From Planctomycetota bacterium (GTDB taxonomy: Bacteria > Planctomycetota > Planctomycetia > Planctomycetales > Planctomycetaceae): a DNA stretch of 43,478 nt. A program made the position numbers and the translations under genes. Below the pieces are notes generated by a model. That model worked only from the letters and a program-made list of their open reading frames with translations, searched no databases and was not told where the DNA came from. The stretch lies in contig RFHO01000338.1 in NCBI GenBank assembly GCA_003696385.1, positions 1 through 43,478 on the forward strand, written 5' to 3'. Positions 1 to 9,024 of this stretch are shown piece after piece. Within the stretch, counting starts at the first letter, position 1; each line of letters opens with the position of its first letter.

Positions 1-1680
1 GGACCGCACGCCGACCGCCGACAACGCCACCACCGCCACGGGTTGCCATCCAGGAAACCACCGTGGCCACCGCGCGGTCGAAGGGCCTCCCCGCGACGCG
101 CCCGCGATCATCCGCACGCACATCTCCAATGACGATCCCAACAGTCCCGCAACCCACAACGTCCACCCGGGGCCGCGTAACGACAATGCGAAATGCCCCA
201 AACACAGACCACCGATCCAGAACACACACACCACGGCCGGTCCGCAAAACCGCGCAAGCCGACTCCTCCACGCGACATTCCAACCGCGCGCACTCCGCTG
301 CCCCGCTTCGAAAAGCGAAAAGCCCAGGGGCATCGCCGCAATCACCACCAGCCCGACCAGAAGCAGCTGGTGCAAAACGGCGTCGGCCACGTGGACCTTG
401 ATTGCAAAGCACACCGTGACGATGCCGGCGTTGAGCATCACCAGAAGCGCCGGCCAAGCCGAGCACAGCGCGGCAAGCCATTGCGCCGAAGTCCCAACCG
501 GCCGCCCGTTGCGCCAAAAACCGCTGGCCGCTCGACCGTCGCGGGATTCGCCGTCGGAACCGCGCCGCGCATCGGCACCAGGACGACCGCCGCCATGCGT
601 CGCGGCCGTCCCGCGGCCCCGCACCGCCCCCAAACGCCGCAGCCACCGCCCGCAGACCATTCCCGCCAGCAGCCCCGCCGCCCACGCGTAGACCATCCAC
701 ACGCCTGCCAGCGTCCACTGGGCCGCCAGCCGGAGCAGCGCCAGGGCTGCCGACGACGCCACCGCCACCTGGATGGCCCCCACCGCAGCGTTCATCGCGA
801 CGAACCGACAGTTCTCGCCAATCGGCGCGTCGCCAAACTCCCTCACCGCCCCGCCTGGCGCAACCGCATCGGTCCCGGCGCGTCCGGCACGCCCGACGGC
901 GTTCGCTCGGCCCGGCGGCTCCGCCGTGCCATTCAGATCCTCGGGGCTGCGGCCACGCCGGCCCGCCGTAAATGCAACGACCGCCGCGGCCACCAACCAC
1001 AGCGCCGCCAGCCACCCATCGACCGTCGCAGCACCGACGTCGGGCAAGACGACCACCGGCACGCACGCCAACGCAACAACGAAAGACATGCACTCCGTCC
1101 AGCGTTCCGCATCGGTTCGTTCGGTCCCGCACGCCGCCGTACCGCCGCGACGTCCCCGTGCCCACGACAAGTCGCCGCGCATGATCCCGTTCGCCAGACC
1201 GACGAATGCGGACATCAGCACGACCGGCTGGAAAAGCCACAGCGCAAACGCACCGCCCAGCCAGAGCGCTTCGGTGACCCCCTGCGTCGTCGCCGCAGTC
1301 GCTCGGACCGCCGCCAAACGATCGGCCCATCCGGAGCGGCCCAGCTGAATCACACTCAGCCCCAGCCCCGACAACGCGACCAGCATCGCGGGCCCCACGG
1401 CGTGACGCGTAAGCCGCTCCGGACGACGGGCCGCCGCGTGATCCCGTGACCACCGGGCGATCCGCGCAGCGAGGCTTCGGCCCAACGTTCCCAGGCAGAC
1501 GACTACGGCAAACATCGCCAGTCGCGTGTTCGCCTGGTCACCGGCCAGCGGGAGCAACGGCATCGTCCACTGCACGACGGTCGCAGCGATCAACGCGCCC
1601 AGCAAGGCGGCCCCCAGCGGCGGCCGGTACGCCCACGCCCGCCCAGCCACAATCCGGATCCCCGCGGCTACAGCGGCCAT
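1..1680 (-). CDS. polytopic integral membrane protein, 3' end cut by window start (family not identified)
   Basis: Absent from the ORF track because its stop lies left of the window. I checked the minus-strand frame phased on + positions 1-3, 4-6 and so on, codon by codon: no TTA/CTA/TCA triplet from 1 to 1680. ATG at 1680-1678; in-frame upstream stop at 1782-1780. The translation is a run of hydrophobic helices with G/C-rich third positions: MAAVAAGIRIVAGRAWAYRPPLGAALLGALIAATVVQW..LGGAFALWLFQPVVLMSAFVGL..VVALACVPVVVLPDVGAATVDGWLAALWLVAAAVVAF..WLAALCSAWPALLVMLNAGIVTVCFAI. Confidence 0.7.
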   Translation of the reverse strand, partial: MAAVAAGIRIVAGRAWAYRPPLGAALLGALIAATVVQWTMPLLPLAGDQANTRLAMFAVVVCLGTLGRSLAARIARWSRDHAAARRPERLTRHAVGPAMLVALSGLGLSVIQLGRSGWADRLAAVRATAATTQGVTEALWLGGAFALWLFQPVVLMSAFVGLANGIMRGDLSWARGRRGGTAACGTERTDAERWTECMSFVVALACVPVVVLPDVGAATVDGWLAALWLVAAAVVAFTAGRRGRSPEDLNGTAEPPGRANAVGRAGRAGTDAVAPGGAVREFGDAPIGENCRFVAMNAAVGAIQVAVASSAALALLRLAAQWTLAGVWMVYAWAAGLLAGMVCGRWLRRLGAVRGRGTAATHGGGRPGADARRGSDGESRDGRAASGFWRNGRPVGTSAQWLAALCSAWPALLVMLNAGIVTVCFAIKVHVADAVLHQLLLVGLVVIAAMPLGFSLFEAGQRSARGWNVAWRSRLARFCGPAVVCVFWIGGLCLGHFALSLRGPGWTLWVAGLLGSSLEMCVRMIAGASRGGPSTARWPRWFPGWQPVAVVALSAVGVRS

Positions 1681-2897
1681 GCGACGACCACTGGCCGCAG
1701 AATCGTTCCCGCAGACCTGTTTCGCCTCCGCAGGCCGCCGCGAACGAACACGCCTGCGTGCCAAAGAGCTGCGCAACTCTCAGCCTCCCTGCCGTTTGTC
1801 GCGTCGGGAGCGTCGACGCCGGCGCGACGAATCCCACCACCGTCCCGCCATCCGCCTCGTACCTGTCACCGCGCCGGAACGTCGGCCCGATCTCCTGCCC
1901 CCGCGTTTTGATTTGATTCCGCCCCAGCGATCACCGAAGTCGTGGTTTGTACGGAACCGAATCCCGCTCCGGCAATACCAATCGCACACCGCTGCGCACG
2001 CGCCCACATCTCCACCGGCCACAGACGTCAGCCCGGCACACAGTCGCATCCTCGCTGCGGCGTCGAAACTACTCAAAGCCCACCAACGATTCGGATTCGG
2101 GCGGCTCCGCCGACCCACGCCAAACAGCAGCCGCCGAATCCGCCAACTGCACGCCCCCCCCACACGACGGTCGGCGGGGATCTTCCTTTCCCGCAAAGGC
2201 TTCCTGCCTGTGGCGGGAGGCCCCCTCAGGCAATCGCTGATCTCCGACCGTTCACGAACCGATACACGCCGCGCCAACGGAACATTGCGCATCGCCGGTA
2301 CAATTCGAACGGCCCGAAAAACCGTCACATCCGGACGATGAAGCGCATCCCCTTACCAAATCGAGACATATGCGTCCCGTCCGCATGTTGTCCGGCTGCA
2401 GCACGCCTCGCTCCGGCACGTCTCCTGCAGCTCTGGCTTCCCAATCGGCATCGCTGTACGAAACCGGACAGACGCCGCAGACGTCGCAGTTCCTACATTT
2501 TGTGGAATTTTCCCACACCTCCCAAATTGCGGCCTATGATTGATCCGAACGGTCGCGAAGGGCGTAGCAAAGCGGCTTTGCGACCGGCGGACGGATCGCC
2601 CCGAGGCGATGTCCGTGTGGCATATCGAAGCTTGGCGGGCCATGCGAACAGCGGACGTCCACCTTTTTCCGGCGCGTGCACGCCGCAGTTCCGGAAAAGG
2701 TCCATTCGTCCGTCTGACAAACAGCCGTCACGTGCGTCAGCATCAGGGATAAGACGGCAGGGATGCGCCGAAACCGGACCGGCGAACCGCAGCGGGTCTC
2801 TCCCGAAGCTTCCGCAAGCTTCGGCTGCGGCCGGGGCCGGTGGAATCGGGACAAAGGAGGAACCGAAGATGAGGTCGTTCGAGAAAGGGGCTCAGAC

Positions 2898-3473
2898 GTG
2901 GAATCGCAAACGGTCTTCACCACGGGACAAATCGCGAAAATCTGCAACGTCGCACCGCGGACGGTGAGCAAGTGGTTCGATTCGGGACGCCTGCGCGGCT
3001 ACCGCATCCCCGGCTCCAAAGATCGACGCGTTCCGCGCGAAAACCTGATCCAGTTCCTCAAGGAACACGGGATGCCGTTGGGCGAGCTGGAAGACATGGC
3101 GATGGGCAAAGTGCTCATCGTGGACCCCAGCGGCTCGGTGCTCTCGCAGATCTCTGGTGAGTTCGACAAGAACTACTACCGGCTGGAATCCGCCGGCACG
3201 GCCTTCGAAACCGGCACTCTGCTTCACTCCTTCCATCCGGACTGTGTCGTCATCGACCTGGCGGTGGGCCCCAAGTCCGCGGAAGAAATCGCCCGTGGTC
3301 TGCGGCAGCACCAGGCCACTGCCGACGTCGTCCTGATCGCCATTCTGGACAATGCCGATCAGGCCAAGATGGTCGACCTGACGCTGTTCAACGAAACGTT
3401 CCGCCGGCCCTACGACGCGGCCTTGCTCGCCGAGCGCGTCCGTTCGCTCGTGCAACGCAAGCGGTCCCGTTGA
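2898..3473 (+). CDS. excisionase/MerR-type HTH DNA-binding protein fused to a CheY-like (atypical) receiver domain
   Basis: In-frame part of track ORF 2763..3473. Coding-type third-position bias starts near GTG 2898, with AAAGGGG 7 nt upstream. FTTGQIAKICNVAPRTVSKWFDSGRLRGYRIPGSKDRRVPRENLIQFLKEHG is an excisionase-family HTH. The C-terminal ~120 aa (KVLIVDPSG..DCVVIDLAVGP..VVLIAILDN..FRRPYD) has a receiver layout. Start codon uncertain. Confidence 0.8.
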   Translation: MESQTVFTTGQIAKICNVAPRTVSKWFDSGRLRGYRIPGSKDRRVPRENLIQFLKEHGMPLGELEDMAMGKVLIVDPSGSVLSQISGEFDKNYYRLESAGTAFETGTLLHSFHPDCVVIDLAVGPKSAEEIARGLRQHQATADVVLIAILDNADQAKMVDLTLFNETFRRPYDAALLAERVRSLVQRKRSR

Positions 3474-3480
3474 CCGGCAA

Positions 3481-3502
3481 CAGGCGTCGCCGGCGACGCC
3501 TG
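3481..3502. terminator. perfect 22-nt GC-rich palindrome between convergent genes (terminator-like hairpin, no U-tract)
   Basis: CAGGCGTCGCCGGCGACGCCTG is its own reverse complement. It starts 8 nt after the TGA of the HTH gene (3471-3473) and lies 37 nt from the folK stop (3539). No T-run on either side, so function as an intrinsic terminator is uncertain. Confidence 0.4.
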
Positions 3503-3538
3503 ATCAGTGGCCGTTCGGCGCATTCGAGTCGGAAACCG

Positions 3539-4456
3539 TCACGCGAGCGTCCACGCCTCGGCCGGTGCGACTCGACTGGGTACATCGGTCGCCGCCGTGA
3601 GCACGGCAGCCGCGAACGCCATCCCCTCAGGGTCGTCCTCGCCGGGAAAGACAACCGCCGGCTCACCGGCCGATCGAGGCATGGTGCTCTCCGGCAGCGG
3701 CCGATCGCCGTGCCGATGGAGCCGCACGACCAGAACCGGCCACCGTGTAGCGGTTTGCCCGTTTTCAAACGCGTTTGCGCCGTGCTGCGGCCGGCCGTGA
3801 CAATCGAACGCCGGGGCCCGCGCCCGGTCGGCATGGCAGAGCGGATCCCCGGCGGGGCTGATCGCCTGTACGATCGGCTCCGGAAACCGACGCGACAGCG
3901 CGCGTACGGCCGCTTGGAGGGCGACGCGTTCGCCCGACTCTTCGGGATCGTCCTGCACGGCGACGTACAACGGACGTTCCGACAACCGGCACCGCCACTG
4001 CCGCAAAGAAACCGCCGTGGTTGGCAAGCACCAGTCGGCGGCGACCTCGCAGGCCGGATCCAGGACAAACCGACGGTACGTCAAGCCGGGATGCGGAATG
4101 ACAAGCCGGGCATCGTCCATGCGATGGGAGCCGTACAGCAGCACATCCAGATCGATCGGTCGCGACGTCCAGCGTCCCGACGGGCGACGCCCCAGTGCGC
4201 TCTCCCAATGCCGCAGCCGATCCAGGAGCATCCACGGGTCCAGACGTGTCCGCACCGTCACCGCCGTGTTCAGATAGGTCGGTGCTTCACCGACTTCATC
4301 CGTGCCCTGCATCGGCCTGGATTCGAACAGACCGGCGGCGCGGCAGTCCCCGAAATCCGCGTCACACGAAAGCCGTTGCCAGAACTGCGCGAAGGTCGCC
4401 TGCACGTCGCCCTGATTGCCGCCGACGCCGATCAGGCATTCCGTCCAGCGTGACAT
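3539..4456 (-). CDS. folK: 2-amino-4-hydroxy-6-hydroxymethyldihydropteridine diphosphokinase (HPPK) with ~150 aa C-terminal extension
   Basis: Track ORF 3539..4603. HPPK motifs: ECLIGVGGNQGDV near the N-terminus, then RWTSRPIDLDVLLYG and LVIPHPGLTYRRFVLDPACEVA. ATG at 4456 (MSRWTECLIGVGGN) gives the canonical N-terminus; the upstream 49 codons look like over-extension. The residues after the HPPK core have no motif I recognise. Confidence 0.85.
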   Translation of the reverse strand: MSRWTECLIGVGGNQGDVQATFAQFWQRLSCDADFGDCRAAGLFESRPMQGTDEVGEAPTYLNTAVTVRTRLDPWMLLDRLRHWESALGRRPSGRWTSRPIDLDVLLYGSHRMDDARLVIPHPGLTYRRFVLDPACEVAADWCLPTTAVSLRQWRCRLSERPLYVAVQDDPEESGERVALQAAVRALSRRFPEPIVQAISPAGDPLCHADRARAPAFDCHGRPQHGANAFENGQTATRWPVLVVRLHRHGDRPLPESTMPRSAGEPAVVFPGEDDPEGMAFAAAVLTAATDVPSRVAPAEAWTLA

Positions 4457-4668
4457 CGCAACCACTCGCCGAACATGCTCGCATCCGGCGCCGACCACCA
4501 CCGCGGCCAGCCCACCGGGCGCGAACGGTCCGATCATCCGACCAAACGAAAACAGACAGAGCCCGACGCACCGGCCCGCCGCTCGCCACACGTCGACAGA
4601 CACACTCGAACCGGATCACGACGAAGGGCGATGCGCCCGCTTCCACCGGATTTGCCCCGGCGGACCGT

Positions 4669-5946
4669 TCACCGAGCGGTATCACCGGACCGTCCCACCC
4701 GCACGCACTTCAGAGTACGTCTGTCGCGTGCATACAGCCGGCCACCGGCCAAAGCCGGCAACGCACGAGTCGTGCTGTCGAACAGTGTCACTCGAGTCAG
4801 CGGTCGGAAGCGTCGCATGTCCGGCGCCCACAGCACGAGCTCGCCGTCCGTCTTCAAAAACACCGCTCGGTCCCTGGCGCGGATGGCTGCTCCGTATCCG
4901 AAATCGGGAACGGACCACAAGACGCGTTGCTGCCGAGGATCGATGCACCGCAGTTCTCCGGGCGTCAGTCGTTCCTGGCCGTGAATCCCGAACAGTTTGC
5001 CCTGGTACTCGATGCAGGTCATGTAGTGATTGGACATGATCTCATCGCTGCGCCACAGGATCCGGACATCGTCCGCGGACAGTTTCGCCCACACGGCACC
5101 GACGCCGTAATGCGCCGAGACGAAAAGCCGATCGCCGAGCACCAAGGGCGTCGCCGCGTTCACGGTGGGCCCGCGGCGACCGAACGGAAAGGAAAACGCC
5201 ACCGTGCCGTTGCGGGGATCGAGCCCCACGCAGTTCAGCCGCGTCACACACACGACGCGGGGTTGGCCGCCGAGCGTGGCGACCACCGGCGAGGAATAGC
5301 TTGCCGCGTCTTCGACCGCCGTCCAGAGCGTCCTGCCGGTTTTCAGATCGAAGGCAACAACGCCGGCTCCCTTGCGCGCACCGCCGACGTTCACGATCAC
5401 CCGACCGTTCCACACCAGCGGAGTGCTGCCGGCTCCAAAATATCCCTCCGGCGCGTCGAACACGCGGTGCGTTTCGACCTCCCAGAGCACTTCGCCATCG
5501 CGCAGATTCAGACACCGCAGCCCGCCCTGGGCCCCGTACACGATCACGCGCTGGCCGCTGATCACCGGTGTGCAACGCGGTCCGTCGTCGTCGACGAACA
5601 CCGAGGTGTAGCTCGTGGGGAATCCCCTCCGCCACCGAACCCTGCCGCTGGCGGCATCCATCGCCTCGACGATCTCCTCGTCGCCGACGCGATGAAACAA
5701 TACGCACGTGCCGCCGGCAACCGCGACTCCGGCCAACCCACGGCCGACGGATCGTTGCCAGATCACCGGCGGCCCGCCGGCCGGCCACGATTCCTCCAGT
5801 CTCTCGTCGGATGCCGCGACGCCGTTCCGATGCGGCCCCAGGATTTGCGGCCATTCCCCACCGGCGGCCGAACCGCCCATCACCGTCACGCCGGCCAGCA
5901 GGACCGTCCATGCCACCCGGCCCAATCCCCGTCCTTTGACTTTCAT
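4669..5946 (-). CDS. secreted PQQ-like / BamB-type beta-propeller repeat protein
   Basis: Signal-like N-terminus MKVKGRGLGRVAWTVLLAGVTVMGGSAAG. Repeated blade motifs of the D..tG...W type: AMDAASGRVRW, LNLRDGEVLW, AFDLKTGRTLW, CIDPRQQRVLW. Confidence 0.85.
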   Translation of the reverse strand: MKVKGRGLGRVAWTVLLAGVTVMGGSAAGGEWPQILGPHRNGVAASDERLEESWPAGGPPVIWQRSVGRGLAGVAVAGGTCVLFHRVGDEEIVEAMDAASGRVRWRRGFPTSYTSVFVDDDGPRCTPVISGQRVIVYGAQGGLRCLNLRDGEVLWEVETHRVFDAPEGYFGAGSTPLVWNGRVIVNVGGARKGAGVVAFDLKTGRTLWTAVEDAASYSSPVVATLGGQPRVVCVTRLNCVGLDPRNGTVAFSFPFGRRGPTVNAATPLVLGDRLFVSAHYGVGAVWAKLSADDVRILWRSDEIMSNHYMTCIEYQGKLFGIHGQERLTPGELRCIDPRQQRVLWSVPDFGYGAAIRARDRAVFLKTDGELVLWAPDMRRFRPLTRVTLFDSTTRALPALAGGRLYARDRRTLKCVRVGRSGDTAR

Positions 5947-6010
5947 CGGCTGATTCCTCGCATTCCCGGGACATTACGGCGGCCGCGGCCCCTCCGGTGG
6001 CCGATTCGTC

Positions 6011-8974
6011 TCACTCGGTCACAGGGATCCAATCGGACTTCGGCCCGCAGTACACGACCGTTCCGCCGTCGGAGCCGCCGCCGGGACCCAGTTCGACGAT
6101 CCAGTCGGCTGCGTCCAGCACCAGCGGGTGATGGTCCGCGACGATCACCGCATGCCCCACCGAGGTCATGGTACGCAAACAGTCGAGCACGCGTCGCACG
6201 TCGTCGTCGTGCAGTCCGCCACTGGGCAGATCGACCAGGATCAATCGACGCCCCCGCGCGGCGGCGAGCAGCTCACGGGCCAACTTGATCCGCTGGATTT
6301 CCCCGCCGGAAAGCGTGGCCAGCGACTGCCCGAGCGTCAGGTATCCCAAGCCCACGTCACGGACCACCTGCAGCGGCTGCTGGATTCTGCGTTGTCCCCG
6401 GAAGAACGTAAATGCATCCGCCACGGTCAACTGCAGGATCTCGGCGATCGATCGCCCGCGATAATGCACCTGCAGAATTTCCTCGGCGAATCGCCGACCG
6501 TTGCACTCCGGACAGGTCACGGCCAGCTCTCCCAGAAACCGCATGTCGACGGTCACCGTACCCAGGCCATGGCACCGCTCGCACCGCCCTGCCGGGGCGT
6601 TGAAGCTGAACGACCGGGCACTCAACCCCAGCTCCACCGCGTCCGCGGTCTCCGCCATGAGTCGTCGAATGTGGTCATAGAACTTCAGGTAGCTCGCGAC
6701 GCAGCTGCGCACCGCGCCCTTGGGCCGCTGGCTCTCGATCATGACGACGCCCTCGAAGCTCCGTCCGTGCGGCTCGGGAACCTCCAGCACGACGCGACCA
6801 CCGGCGGGGGCAACCCGTTCTTCGCCCGTTGTCGGGACGCGGCATCGCCGTTCTGCCCCGTCATCGGCCCCATGGGTGAGTGCAGCGGCAATGGTATCGC
6901 ACAGCAGCGCCGTCTTGCCCGCACCTCCACTCCCGGTTACCACGGACAGCCCGAGCAGCGGAACGCACACGCTGCATCCGCGGAGGTTGCGCGCCGATGC
7001 TTCGCAGATCCTCAGCCGCGGCGGGGACGGTTCGACCACCGGCACGCGCCCTTCCGAATCACCCGACCTGCCGACAGTGCTCCTCGCCGAAGGACGATCG
7101 GTCGCCCCTCCCGCCGCCGATCCGGACGGCCGAGAACGCGGATCGTCCGCAATCGTGGAATCGACGCGATCGGATTCATCGCGACCACCCGGCAGTCGGT
7201 CTTCGACGGAAACCACGCGTCCACCTTCGCGACCCGCCCCGGGGCCGAGTTCAATGACCCGGTCGGCCGCTTCGATGCACTCCCACGCGTGGTCGACGAC
7301 GACCACGGTGGCCGGTCGGCCGGTCAAAGCCCGAAGCGCGCGCACCACCACCCCTCGCTCGCGGGGGTGAATGCCGTAGGTCGGCTCGTCCAGCACGTAC
7401 AGCGCCTGCACCAGTCCGTTGGCGAGTAGTGCGACCAGTTCCGCGCGTCGCCGTTCGCTCATCCCCAGGCTGCACACAGGTCGACGCAGCGGCAGGTATC
7501 CCAAACCGAGGTCGCTCAACAGACGCAGCCGCGCGCGCACGGCGTTCAACGCTGCTCGGCGGACGACGCCCCCCACGCGATCCGACTCGTCCCGCAGCGT
7601 TTCCAACCACGCTTCCGCTTCCGTGACGGTCAGGCACAGCACTTCCGCGATGCTCCGCGATGCCGGGGTGTCCTCACCGTGACCATTTCCCAATCGCACG
7701 CCCAGCGCGACATCGTTCGATCCGCTCCCCAGACACCGCGAACAATGAGCCGATTCGCCCAACGCCGACAGTCGCTCCCGGTCGACCCTGCCGCCGGCGA
7801 TCCCTGTCCCGCCGCATGATGGGCACGGTCCGGCGCTGCGGACCGTTTCGGGCAGTGCCGCGTCCCCCGCGCCTGCCCGCAGGCCGCGATACCGGCACGG
7901 CCGCAGGTCTTCCGCGGCTGGTTTCTGGAAGTCCACCCGGCACCGCGGGCAATGCAGCCCCAGCGCTGCGTACCACAGGCCCCAGCGGTCGCCATCGACG
8001 CCGAGAACCTGATCGAACACCGTGTCGGCCGAGCCGTGAAGCGGCGCCGCCTGCGCGCCGTCGGCCAGCCGCACCAGCACAGCACAGCGACCGCCGCCGT
8101 ACCGGTACGCCGTTTCGACGGCCTCGGCGAGACGCAGACGTCTCTCCCTCACCGGCGTCTTGAATCGGTCGACAACGGCCAACCATTCCGCCACTGCGAC
8201 ACCCGCAGCATCGGCCCATTCCCGTAAGACCCGTGGACCGTCGAGATACACCCCCCGTGCGCATTCCGCCGCCGCACCGACGGCTCCCGGACGCGGCCCC
8301 GCGGTCACTGCGAACCAACGCCGGAAACCCGCTGCCGCAGCCCGGCTCAGCGCCTCCGACCACGATCCCGGGGGTTCGTCCGTGGCCGCTTCCCCACCCG
8401 CAGTTCGACGCCGTGCGCCCGCTTCATCCCCGGAGGAAAGACCGCAGCGCCACGGCCATACGGGAAACGCAATCACGACCCTCAATCCAGGCGGCAGTCC
8501 CGACAGCCAATCCACAACATCGTCGCTGGTGTAAGGCCGCAGGGAGCGCCCGCACTCCGGACAATGGAACCTGCCTTGGTGGGCGAACAGCGCGCACAGC
8601 GGATCGATCAGCTCCACCAGCGCCGCCACGGTCACCCAATACGGGAGCGGCGGCGACACCTGATTCAGAACCACAGCCGGGGGAAGCGGCCCGATCGCAT
8701 CCGCGTCCGGCTTCTGCAGGCCGCGGAGCAGTTCGGCGGCCCGGGCTCCCAGGCTCTGCCCATAGCGCCGTCGGGCTTCCGTGAACAGCGTATCGATGAC
8801 GAGCGAGCTTTTGCCCGAACCGCTGACACCCGTCACGGTCGTCCAGCGGTTCAGCGGAAACGCGACCGTCACACCTTTCAGATTGTGGACACGCACGCCG
8901 CGCAGCTCGATCTGGCCGGTCCGGTTCATCGTTCCACGATCCATGCGATAGGGGCCGACTCCGCGCCCACACAT
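6011..8974 (-). CDS. UvrA-family (excinuclease ABC subunit A-like) double ABC ATPase, divergent paralogue
   Basis: [32 protein letters not shown] (Walker A-I), [12 protein letters not shown] (Walker B-I), GSGGAGKT (Walker A-II), [12 protein letters not shown] (signature-II). CxxC zinc modules: [29 protein letters not shown]. Alternative ATG starts at 8944 and 8929; the latter gives [11 protein letters not shown], closest to canonical UvrA N-termini. Confidence 0.85.
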   Translation of the reverse strand: MCGRGVGPYRMDRGTMNRTGQIELRGVRVHNLKGVTVAFPLNRWTTVTGVSGSGKSSLVIDTLFTEARRRYGQSLGARAAELLRGLQKPDADAIGPLPPAVVLNQVSPPLPYWVTVAALVELIDPLCALFAHQGRFHCPECGRSLRPYTSDDVVDWLSGLPPGLRVVIAFPVWPWRCGLSSGDEAGARRRTAGGEAATDEPPGSWSEALSRAAAAGFRRWFAVTAGPRPGAVGAAAECARGVYLDGPRVLREWADAAGVAVAEWLAVVDRFKTPVRERRLRLAEAVETAYRYGGGRCAVLVRLADGAQAAPLHGSADTVFDQVLGVDGDRWGLWYAALGLHCPRCRVDFQKPAAEDLRPCRYRGLRAGAGDAALPETVRSAGPCPSCGGTGIAGGRVDRERLSALGESAHCSRCLGSGSNDVALGVRLGNGHGEDTPASRSIAEVLCLTVTEAEAWLETLRDESDRVGGVVRRAALNAVRARLRLLSDLGLGYLPLRRPVCSLGMSERRRAELVALLANGLVQALYVLDEPTYGIHPRERGVVVRALRALTGRPATVVVVDHAWECIEAADRVIELGPGAGREGGRVVSVEDRLPGGRDESDRVDSTIADDPRSRPSGSAAGGATDRPSARSTVGRSGDSEGRVPVVEPSPPRLRICEASARNLRGCSVCVPLLGLSVVTGSGGAGKTALLCDTIAAALTHGADDGAERRCRVPTTGEERVAPAGGRVVLEVPEPHGRSFEGVVMIESQRPKGAVRSCVASYLKFYDHIRRLMAETADAVELGLSARSFSFNAPAGRCERCHGLGTVTVDMRFLGELAVTCPECNGRRFAEEILQVHYRGRSIAEILQLTVADAFTFFRGQRRIQQPLQVVRDVGLGYLTLGQSLATLSGGEIQRIKLARELLAAARGRRLILVDLPSGGLHDDDVRRVLDCLRTMTSVGHAVIVADHHPLVLDAADWIVELGPGGGSDGGTVVYCGPKSDWIPVTE

Positions 8975-9024
8975 GCGGAAACCCCGCGACGGCGGTGCGC
9001 AGAGACACGTGGCACCCAGCAGCC

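Noticed and set aside
193-1449. 418-aa + strand ORF, plus overlapping + ORFs at 398..691, 773..1348 and 1446..1916
   Set aside because: The translations are extremely Arg/Pro/His/Gln-rich. They lie antisense to a minus-strand frame that is open over the whole span and encodes clean hydrophobic helices. This is the typical shadow-ORF pattern of GC-rich DNA.
2252-2518. 88-aa Cys-rich ORF (11 Cys; CRNCDVCGVCP..) in the long intergenic region; considered as a possible RiPP or ferredoxin-like peptide
   Set aside because: Third-position G/C is only about 59% by my count, against about 80% in genes I accept. The GTG start directly abuts the purine run, leaving no SD spacing, and I see no partner genes. 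It is most likely non-coding.
4195-6288. 697-aa + strand ORF
   Set aside because: It is antisense to the PQQ-propeller gene and to part of the UvrA-like gene, both of which carry clear family motifs. The translation is an Arg/Pro/Ser-rich low-complexity string.
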